Shown: positions 50,901-61,312 of the stretch, piece by piece
Position numbering within the stretch: position 1 is the stretch's first letter
Layout: every line of letters starts with the position of its first letter
NCBI GenBank assembly: GCA_904063045.1
Contig: CAJFCJ010000024.1
Span: 987,777 to 1,051,776, forward strand
DNA: 64,000 bases
Source: Dimorphilus gyrociliatus
Taxonomy: Eukaryota; Animalia; Annelida
Direction of reading: 5' to 3'
Made by a program: the position numbers and the translations under genes
The notes under the pieces: generated by a model
The model's input: only the letters and a program-made list of their open reading frames with translations
Told to the model about the DNA's origin: nothing
The model's database searches: none

Positions 50901-52835
50901 TTCTCGCTCTCTCTTTCTCGCTCTCCCTTTCTCTCTCTCTGCCATTTCTTTCGACGTATATTTGTGTTGACGTAAAGTTGGCACAAGTCTAAGCTATTTA
51001 TTATTTTAATATATATACATATTTTTGAGGACGTATTTTTTAGAAAGATGTACAGATATCGGCTGTATTAACGTTATATAAATCTTAATACTACATAAGG
51101 CACAACTGCAATAGATGAAAGGAGCTTTGATTGTCTTAAGTTATATTTTACCTCTCTTAAGATGAAAAATGGTTTTAATATTTAGCTATATTGAAATTTG
51201 GTCTTGGGAAAATAATAAAAACCCCCTACCTAATGCCAACAGTAACGGCAAAAGCTATTCCGATACCGAACAATATCGGTGCATAAGTGTTTAGACTTGC
51301 AATTACGTAGGGCCAGTAGAGCGTATGAAAATCTGGATATACCAAATCGAAATAACACCCCCATATCTTGTCGATAGTATGAGACCACATGGCGTGAACA
51401 TCTATTGATAAAACTCCTATGAAAGCCGCCGTTGCAAGGCATTTGGCTTTAAAGGGCGAACATATGAAAGAAGGTTTGAAAAGAAACACTGCCCTTTCAC
51501 CGCCCATTAGCACAGTACACCATGCAGTCCAATGAAGAAATGTTTGGTCCGTAACTGTATGTAATTTACAAGTCCATTCATACAATTGAGTGAGATGTCT
51601 AGTTTCTGTAAGCTTTGAAATTGCGTCTAAACCGGGATCTAATAAAAGAACCAGAACGTTTGCTGAACAAATTAACTTAGCGAAAGATGCAGTACAATGT
51701 TCATGATTGATGTTGGAGAGAGAGGGAACAATAGCTAAATTACCAAATATTCCTATTACCGCCAGAATGGGTAGCACGATTGATGTAAAATAGTACTTCA
51801 CCGACTCTTCCGTAGTATTGAGGAGCGTATTATTTGAGGTCCTGTTCATGTTCCTGTACAAAGAAAGAGCGTTAGAACTGGTTAAAAGAAAATTTTATTC
51901 TAAAGGAAATGAATCTATAATTAGGAGATTGCTATATTTGGTAGATGTGCACTTTTTTTAATTGGAAAATTTCTGCACCAACATGGTATTTCAATTGTAA
52001 ATCATTATTACAGTTTGTTCTAGAACAATAAATATGGGAGAAAAAAGTTATTGCTTTTGTAGGCCTAGATGTTAGAAAAGAATAAAAAAGCAGGGCAAAA
52101 CAAGGAAAAATCAACAATCATCATGTAAGAAAATAAGCCTGTTTGCATGTTAATGGGGATCTGTTGAAGGTACCCTTACGTATATTACTAGGCTGCCACC
52201 AAGATTAGCTGGAAATTCATCACGTGATTGTGCCACCGTGTTAGTTTTTTGTAACAACCGGAAGAACCTACCATCTGAATTGTAGACATTCACTTGTTTA
52301 AGTCTGAAAAAGGGCTTTAATCTTTTCATATTTCCTAATAAGCCCTATGAAGAGCCTGATATTTACGTAATATTTTCTATTCATTCGTTACTTTTTTCTT
52401 TTATTTAAAAGTTTCTTTTACATTAACAGCACTTTACGATCAAAACCTCTAATATTCGATTATATAGTTTGTTCTTTTTTCTCCTACTGTTACATCTTAT
52501 TTACCCACCTTCTTTGACTAGAGAATCTATCAACTATTTTATGTCTAGCTTGCTATTTCTTTCTTTCCTTTACCTCCCACTCTTGATTCTTAAGAATGTT
52601 AGAATTTTTTCAACATTTTTAATGTAATAGTCTCCAATAAATAGCATCAAGATATATACCATGATATCTACTTGTACTTAATTAAATGCTATAAATCTAT
52701 GTGTTTATCTTAACTGTTAAGAAATTTGACATCCAATAGCATCTTAATACAAATTAGTAAAGGGCAACGTTAATTAAGGTGAAGTGGCAAATCTTAAGAC
52801 ATGGCAAAATCAGATAAAATGTGTACCTGTTGTTG

Positions 52836-52867
<32 letters not shown>

Positions 52868-54738
52868 CTGTATATATATAGTGTATCTAAAAGTATACCC
52901 TATACGTATTACGAACTAGATATCTGTTTGTTTTGAAACGAAAGACATAAAATGTTGGACAAAGTTTATTATTAAAGGTAAATTAGTATGATCAACTTGT
53001 ACATTTCATTTGATTAAAAATATTTGTTACTGCTTTCATCACAGATGGATTGTAACTTTCTACTTGACTATCGTATAATATGTAATCTCTTTTCTCAATC
53101 AAAAGTCTGTTCCAAGACCGTTGTATAATTTTATCTTTAATTACCCGTTATCAATCTTCAATTTCAACAAATTGAGCTTTTAAAGTGGTACATTTAATGA
53201 AAAACATTAATTAACACCAAATCTAGTAAGGCATAAACGATTTACACTTATCTCTTTGATTTATAAATCTTGTAAAATTTGTCAAAAACGTCTGGTAGAA
53301 ATATTTTCATTTATAGCTATATTCAACTAATATATCTATATAATTAACCTGAGAATAACCTAAGGTGTAGTAATTGGTTTCGTTTCTAAGTTTTTAAAAA
53401 AGAAAAGTCTTGATTAAGAAGTAGGATATCTCAACAAGCTATTGAAAAAATTGCGTTTAATGACTTGAGGTAGTCGGTTGTATAGTAAAGAATTTCACCG
53501 GCGGACTATGCAGCCGTCTAACTTTGGTTATTTCACGCTAACTCTACGAAAGCTTAATATTATGTTACTTACGATTGTTGTTGGAGGATGACGGACGTCA
53601 GACTGAGGAGCTGAGCTAAAAATTTTACAGATGGCGCTCTCTCCATCAAATACTGGATGCTCTTTTAATAATTGCATCTCGTAATTTTACGGTTTAATTT
53701 AGTTAGTAAGGAACTTTATACGTTTCCTTTTTAAATTGATTATAACATCTAGATATCTTCTTTGATATTAACCTTTAGATTTGCCTTTCATGTCATATAG
53801 TCTATTTAGTACATTTTGCTTAAAAAGTACTAGTACAAAGTGTATGTACAAGCTTATTTTAAATGATGTGTTCCTGTACGTTTATTTTATTTATGAATTA
53901 AAAAATGTATTTATTAAAGGGCCATTTAGTTTTATCTTGCTTTTGTATTAATTCTTTTTTTACTTATTTAACACATAGTCTGATTAATCGCCTATAACAA
54001 AGAGATATCTGTCATTATTTCTTTCTATTTTCACTCTTTTTTTTCTCTATCAACATGACAATTAAAACAACTCAATGTACAAGAATACGTCAAAAGCTTC
54101 TAGCTGTAATCGATGTTGTTGTAAAAATATCTGTCTATATACTGTATATATCTCAGAGAGGAAAAATAACGATGTCTTTAATTAATAAAAACAAAAAACA
54201 ATAAACAAAATGTAGCCTAATGCACTAAGATGGATTAATCTTTTCATTTATTTTCATCCAAATAATCTTTAACAAACAATTAACACAACTATCTAAATGG
54301 TTGAAATTGTAAAATAGCATATGGTACACGACCGAGTAGTAATTAGTTCGGTTCGATAACAAAAGGTATCTTAAGGCTAAAAGCGGTTAATCGTGCCAAC
54401 GAAAGAATATAAGATATATATTATATACATGTATACTTTTGTATGCTACATGTATAAATTATACTAAACCTATTATATATTCCTTAATCAATTTATATTT
54501 ATAAACAATGATATATATGAGAAAATTATTGGGAGATAGAGCACGCAAAGACTCTTCTTCTAGAGTACAAATATTTATCTCTTAGTTTTAAATAATAAGT
54601 AAAATATATGTGAAAAATAATGAAAATCGAAAATAGTGCTTTGAAGTTTCTACTCTTTCATAAAGTGTTTTTCATCAGACAGTTTCTTCATGTACTGTAT
54701 ATTAGTTAGCGAGCTGGGTTCGTAGGTAGGTAGGTAGT

Positions 54739-54771
<33 letters not shown>

Positions 54772-56673
54772 GTCTATAGTGTATACTATTTAACAATATC
54801 TACGTATAAATTCGTTTTATATAATAAATTCGCTCTCTCTCTATCTCTGTTCGTAAACAACATCACCATTTAAGAAAAGGAGAACAAAAAAACAAAAGAT
54901 TTTCAAGTACAGAAAAACTAACACCTAATGTTTTCGTTAAGTGACTTGAAAAATTGATTATTGCACATGAGAAAACTTTTATGAATTATTTAATTTCTTA
55001 GTTATTATACGAGGAAAAGTCGTTGTTAAAGTTACTTATCTATCAAATAATAATTGATTGAATTACATGGAAGTGGCTAATCCTTTTTGCGAGTAATATC
55101 AAATAGAATAGGAAATTAGGCTTAATAAATAATCTGCTTTTGTTATTGAAGTAATTGTTTATAGTAAATAATTTTCAACAGTGTTGAATTAACGTTCTGA
55201 GATATTCCCAAAAATAAATAAACAAATATATTTACTATAATATATTTACTATATATCAATAAATGAAAGAAAAAGAAAGTTAAAATAGACGAAGAACGAC
55301 AATATGCAGCTATGTAATTTTATTTTTTTTCTTTTTTCTATATTTCAAACAGAATCATTATCAGAGGCGGTTAAATTACTGAAAGGTGAATACACTATTC
55401 GTGCTATCCGAAAGCATAAAATGGATCAAGCCATCATTTTTTGCCGAACGAAATTAGACTGTGATAATTTAGAATTGTATTTGAAAAGTCATGAGAATCA
55501 ACGAGGAGAGCTCAGCTGTGTATGTTTACACGGCGATAGAAGACCCAATGAAAGGACAAGCAATTTGCAAAAATTTAAGGTTAGTGTACCTGTATTTGAA
55601 ATTTTTTATTTTACTAATCGAACTTTATCTTCTTATTGAATCTCCAATTATTTTTCATTGTTATCTTTGTATACTTGCTTTCAGAAAAGAGAGGTCAAAT
55701 TTCTCATATGTACTGATGTAGCTGCCAGAGGATTGGATATTTCAAAATTACCCTACGGTAATAACTGCTCTTTTAAAAAAATTAAACTTTTATCTTATCA
55801 GCACTTTTACTTCAGTAATTAACGTTACTTTGCCGGATGAGAAGCAGAATTACGTGCATAGAATAGGCAGAGTTGGACGAGCAGAGAGAATGGGTCTGGC
55901 TATATCATTTGTTTCAGCTGTGAAGGAAAAAGTACGTGACGTAATCCTTCAATAACTAATTTGTCCTTAAACTCTGATCGTTACATACGTGACAGTATAA
56001 ACGGAATTTCTCAATTTTCTCAACTTTTTTTCTTATGTTAATTGAAAAAAAAATAGAAGGAAATAGCTTTAATATAGTTTTTCTAGTTATGAAGAAAAAA
56101 CACAGCAAAGAGAGTTGTGAATGAATAATTAATGATATCGTTCATTTTATTTTTCATGCCCTCACTTTTAACCACCTTTGCTTTTGTCGTTTTTCTATTT
56201 TTATTGTAGAGCTACGCTTAGATTCAATTCAGTAAAATAACGATTTATCCCACGTAATTCGTAGTATTCTTAGAAGCAATTGATTATTCATTTATATGCG
56301 TATACAAAAATTCTTCTCTTTCTAGGTTTGGTATCATTCCAATTGCTCAAATCGAGGAAAAAACTGCTATAATACTTTACTAACTGATCACGGAGGGTGC
56401 TGTATCTGGTACAACGAACCTCAGTACCTGGCCGACATTGAAGAACATCTAGGCGTCACCATTGACAATGTCGGTACAGATTTAGATGTTCCGGTGAATG
56501 AATTCGATGGAAAAGTTTCTTACGGACAAAAGAGGAAAGTTGGTGGTGGAACGTACAAAGGCCACGTTGATATTCTAGCTCCGGCAGTCCAAGAATTGGC
56601 AAATTTAGAAAAACGCGCTCAAACATCATTTTTAAGCTTTGCTCACGAGAAACCATTTATATCAACTCAATAA
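35357..56673 (+). CDS. DDX1: ATP-dependent RNA helicase DDX1 (DEAD-box with SPRY insertion), 16 exons: 35357-35372, 35720-35771, 40227-40290, 43158-43299, 44433-44725, 45395-45467, 45700-45776, 45829-45943, 46031-46166, 46858-46995, 47060-47267, 49175-49316, 55353-55579, 55685-55757, 55816-55931, 56326-56673
   Basis: [47 protein letters not shown] (GLCRVGWST), [27 protein letters not shown] and [13 protein letters not shown], all collinear with DDX1. Confidence 0.97.
41173..41420. promoter_or_regulatory. GC-rich island in DDX1 intron 3 (candidate enhancer or internal promoter)
   Basis: About 52% GC by hand count over 41201-41420 against an AT-rich background. It contains TGACGTCA (41337-41344), a TATATAG, GGCGGC boxes and a 12-bp perfect inverted repeat. 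Confidence 0.45.
50353..51849 (-). CDS. Divergent class A GPCR nested antisense in DDX1 intron 12; exons 51849-51230 and 50770-50353 (3' end uncertain)
   Basis: N-terminal N-glycosylation sequons, seven hydrophobic segments, TM1 GNL, a TM3 cysteine (EWTCK), an ECL2 cysteine (WGCY) and ERA at the DRY position. Confidence 0.8.
50862..50942. repeat. (CT)n/(GA)n microsatellite within the nested GPCR intron
   Basis: Direct reading of the sequence. Confidence 0.9.
53461..53530 (+). ncRNA. let-7: let-7 microRNA precursor; mature 5p at about 53466-53487 (UGAGGUAGUCGGUUGUAUAGUA)
   Basis: 20 of 21 nt match canonical let-7. The 3' arm (ACUAUGCAGCCGUCUAACUUUGGUUA) folds back over 26 positions with only three mismatches, and the loop is 18 nt. 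Confidence 0.93.
54739..54768. repeat. (AG)n microsatellite
   Basis: Direct reading of the sequence. Confidence 0.9.
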
Positions 56674-58182
56674 CTTTTTCACTATTTGCATGAATATTGT
56701 TATTCCGTAAATTATTACTATTTGGGATTCGTCTGTCTGCTAATTCTAATTTAAGCGTAGAGCTCTAAATATATTTAGTATCATTCAACAATGACTTTCA
56801 TCTTGAAAAAGTACCAAGTTCGTCGAGTACACTGCATATGGAAACGTAATAAGGACAATGGAGTAGTACTTTCCTTATATATATTAATTGGGAGGTCGAG
56901 ACTAAATTTAAAATCTTTGTTTTTTGCTCTTACACTATTTTGCCAATAGAAAGCTATATTATCAGTAATGATTAACTAAGGTTGAAAAAACATATTCAGT
57001 ACACGCTATTAAAAGGAGAGACATTTCCATAAGCGCACTGCTTTGAAGTTGTATAGGCTTCGTTAACCCGTTGATAATTGGCTACTAAATAACAAAAGAG
57101 AAAAAACAATTATTAATTACTATTTTGTTTTATTATTTCATAAAAATTGTACCATGCATGGATAGTATAATATCATGAATACATATATAACCCTAACCCT
57201 AATACATCTATACACAAGTTAAATATACAATCTTTAGCGTTAGCATAAGTATACAATGTTACAAACTAACAATCTTATTAAACGTATATTTCTGTAATGC
57301 TAAAATTCTCTTCGTAGAGTTAATAGTTTTAGTAGAGTTTTTGTTTGTTCTCTTATTCTTTATCCAGTCTTCCCCTTTCTTTCGTTCTTTAAGTGGTTTA
57401 TTTTGGCAAGAAATTACAAATTATATTTAATATAATAAAGTAAAGATAGCTTACAATTACAAAATTGGCATTTACTCTTTATTCATTTATAGAGTAAAAA
57501 CTCAGCTTATCATAGTTTTTTTGTGCTACCGACAACTAAACAAATAGTTTCTTTCCTTATTTTCATCTTCTAGGCAAAAGAAATAGAAACATCAACAACT
57601 AAATGTGTTCGTATTCTCTTTTCGTATCCTGCGTCGAATTATTTGATGTTTCTTTTTAATGTGAGTATTTAGATGATCAACCCTCCGATAAGATTTCTTG
57701 CAAAATTCACAGACAAACGGCCTATATTGACTATGTACACTTCTATGTCTCTTTAGTTCGGAGAGTCGATAGAAACTCCAAGGGCAACTTTCGCATTTAT
57801 AATTTCTTATTGCTGAAATAAATTAAATAGCGATATTATCAAAATTTTTGTTCTCACCGAATAAAACAACAAAACAACAAGAACCAAACAATTTAACAAT
57901 AATAATAAAATACAATAGATCGTTTTTCAAGAAAGAACCAAGGCCACGTTAACCTCTGCGATTTGTTAGAGAAAAAAGGATGAATGGCTAGCTATCCTTG
58001 AAATATTTAAAATTCAAGACTATGTTATAGAACTTTACAAGGCTGTCTTGGAAAATAAAGATCAAGCACATATTTAAAGCAAGCTGCCCTTGAAAAGAAA
58101 AAAAAAACAGTTTCAACCTATTGATATTTCTATTATTGAATTTAAAACTTTATTTATATATTTATATACTTCTATATATATT

Positions 58183-58862
58183 TTAGGTACGATCTAAAAG
58201 TATTATATATTTTGTATTTATATTTATAGAAGTTAACTTATTTTAATAATTTTTTTTATATTATAGCCTATAGTCTACTCAAGAAAAATTAACTATTCTA
58301 TTCCTTAATAGTCCACCCCATTGTTTATACATGTTAGCCATTTGGATTGAAGTATATATATCCCGTTCCGATAAAAGGAGGATGATTTTCTCCTCAAAAA
58401 CTCCCGGATGTCTTTTTTTAGCTCATCCAAATTTTTGTAACCAACTCCCCTGATATGATGTTTTAATCGTCCAAACAGGTAAAAATCAGATGGGGCCAAA
58501 TCAGGGCTGTATGAGGGATGTGGACATACAGACGATCCCTGATTTCCGATAAAATCTGTTGTGTACAGACTGGTGGAGATGATGTGTGTTTGTAGGTTAG
58601 GGAAGCCCTCTTTGATTCAGGATCATAGAGCTGAACCCAAGGTTCATGCCCACAATAGCTTTTTAACCTTGTGTGAATAGTCTTTGAAGAGGTTGTTGCT
58701 TGCACCGAAATAATTTTGTAGTGGCTTGACAGAGCCAAATGAAAGTTTTCACAATGAAAGTTTACAGATTAAGTAATATATTTACAGTTTAAGTATCAAT
58801 AGTATTAGTCACGCCGTTTTAAAATTACAGCAAATTGTATGATATTTTCAGATCGTACCTAA
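58183..58862 (-). mobile_element. Internally deleted, frameshifted mariner (Tc1/mariner) element of about 680 bp
   Basis: TIRs of about 32 bp start TTAGGTACGATCT (58183 onward, and the reverse complement ending at 58862, followed by TA). Transposase fragments include WVQLYDPESKR, HPSYSPDLAPSDFYLF and FYRNGIYILQSKWLTCI. Confidence 0.9.
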
Positions 58863-59263
58863 TATATGTATATATAAATGTATCCTTATGTAGGTATATA
58901 GTAATATGTTGTTTATTATATTTTTGTTTGTTTTCTGTAAAACTCTTTTGACAAACTACTCAACCTAGAATAATTCCATTTTACTATTCCTAGTTCATCG
59001 TACTCCTTAATTTTCTCTTCTCGTTGACTCCCACTCTTTTTTTTTCTCTCTCTCTCTCTCGCTCTTTCTCTCATCGTTTCCCTCTACTCATTTTTAACAC
59101 TCTAGTATTAATTGTTATTAATATTTTATATATATTTATATCCAATAGCGTATATAGCTTACTTAGATATTATATATATTAGCCAAAGGTTTTATATCAT
59201 AATATAAATTACAAATCGTCAAATACGTTATTTCTAGCCTCACTCAAATAACTATTATAACAC

Positions 59264-59653
59264 TTAACTAAATCGGTAATAGCAATAATTGCTAAGTAAA
59301 AAACAAAAATTAACTTTCTTATTACTGGCTATATAGGAAATTTTAAATTTAAACAAAAATTTACCTGATTGCTTCTTTATTCTATAATATGTCATCTTCT
59401 TTTTTTCGGTTAGTTTATCCTGGTTTGTACAATCTGGATTAAAGCCTGGATATGGAAGATGTGGTATTGTATTCCATTGGAATATTATCTCATCATCCTC
59501 ATCTTCCTTGTCCGATTCGTTCGGGCATTTCGTTAAGCCAAAAGGGCAATAAATCAAAGGTGGGGGTTGCAGTTCAACATAGAGCAATTCTGGTATATTT
59601 TTCATAACTAGGGTCTTTTTAGACGGTTGATTAAATTGCGCAATATACCACAA
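59264..59653 (-). CDS. Putative coding exon(s) of an unidentified gene
   Basis: A 129-codon open frame with Pro-rich and acidic segments and a CAG|gtaaat donor near 59365; no recognisable family motif. Confidence 0.35.
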   Translation of the reverse strand: MWYIAQFNQPSKKTLVMKNIPELLYVELQPPPLIYCPFGLTKCPNESDKEDEDDEIIFQWNTIPHLPYPGFNPDCTNQDKLTEKKKMTYYRIKKQSGKFLFKFKISYIASNKKVNFCFLLSNYCYYRFS

Positions 59654-61312
59654 GTTCCAATTCTTCGGACTCTTTATTTCCTCCTTAGATAGTAGGCGAA
59701 TGAACAGTTATTTATACGGGGCCTATTTAACAGGCCTAGCCTTAGAAGGCCCAGCAGCAGTCTTTTATCGAAGCTTTCAGATATTCGTCATGTATAAATC
59801 AGTTATAAAGAGAGTAATTATATTTGGCAATCGTTTCTTAAAATCTCTTCATAGAACTGTCATATATAACCGAGCAAAAGATACCTTCAGAGCTTGTCCT
59901 CCAAACAGCCTATACTGTATATCCCTGACCCAATATTAGATAAATAAAAGTAACAAACTAATAGATATATATAGATATAATTGATCTCTTAATAACAGAG
60001 TTTCAGAAAAATACCAACCGATGATAATGCAAATGACGAAATACTTAATTAGTTTTCCGTACTCCTCTTCTCAATTAGGCTCTGTCTTTAATCCAGGAGG
60101 AGTGAAGTAAGTCTCTCAATTAGAGAGATAAAAAAAAAAAGAAAAAAACAAAACGCCAAAAAAAAAAGAAAAAACAGAGTCAAAAAAGGGAAAAAGAGAT
60201 AGGCGAAAAGTAATTTTAAACCTTTTGCGTGAAACAGTCCTTCCATACAAAAGTTTTGATTATACTGTAATTTTTTTTTTAATTAAATAAACAAAAACCC
60301 TCTTTTCTTATTCTTGTCTTTTAAAGAAAAATGTTATAAAATATCTATTTTAAATTCCTAATTCTAAATAGAATGTAATAATTTTTTATATCGTTAATCC
60401 TTAAATAAATAGAGCTATTGTTACCTAATCCATTTCTTTTTTATACGAAGCTGAAAAAAGGATTTTCTCTTCTTTATTCTCTCCTTATAATAAATACTCA
60501 AACCCGTTAAAAGGCCTAATACTTTATTTCTTCTAGTCTCTCTCGCCAGACAACCCAGACCGATATAACAAAAAAGATTGTCTTGATAAATCGACTATCG
60601 ATATTATATTCTTTCTCTTTTATGCTTCTATTAATACATATATAAATCTAAATGAAAAATTCTTCTGTTAGATTTCTCTATTTTTCGTGTCAGCCTTTTT
60701 TCTACAGAATTAAACCTATATCATCTTTACTTAGTCTTTTACTTGAATTACTAATAAAAAAGTGAAGTAAAACTGTTATATAATGAATCATTAACGCTGC
60801 TACACGGGATAGAATATTACAATGTTACCCGTTGTTTACTCTTGTATATTGTGTCAACAAATTAATAAGCGTTTCCTTTAGAAAAAAAAAAACCAAAAGA
60901 ACAAATAACGATCTGATCTCGAGTTTTATTCGTTTACAGTCTTCACTCTCGCCTTTACTCTGTACTATTTTGTCATTATTGTTCCATCTTCGAATTTCCA
61001 ATTTTGCTGTTGCTGGTCTCCTCTTACAGTATCTCGTTTACCTGAAACAAAATTCCTTGGGAGAAAATACAGAAGCTTTTGCATTAATCTATTGACTTAG
61101 GTCTTCTCCCAAAGATGGCGCTAATCAGTAAAGAAGTCTGTCTAAATTTGGATAATTTCAGAGGGCGAGGATATCAGTAGTGAAAGTGCCAAAGAGGAAG
61201 AAAAACCAAATAGGAAATTGTATTGTAGTGTTGTACCGGTGAAAATGTAAAAAGTAAAAATTCTTAAGTGAATGCAGTTTTAAAGAGGAAAATTGTCTAT
61301 TTGGTGGTATCA

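Noticed and set aside
50715-50984. ORFs encoding (ER)n and (LS)n runs
   Set aside because: They are translations of the intronic GA/CT microsatellite.
57188-57202. Telomere-like TAACCCTAACCCTAA
   Set aside because: Two and a half units are too short to call an interstitial telomere.
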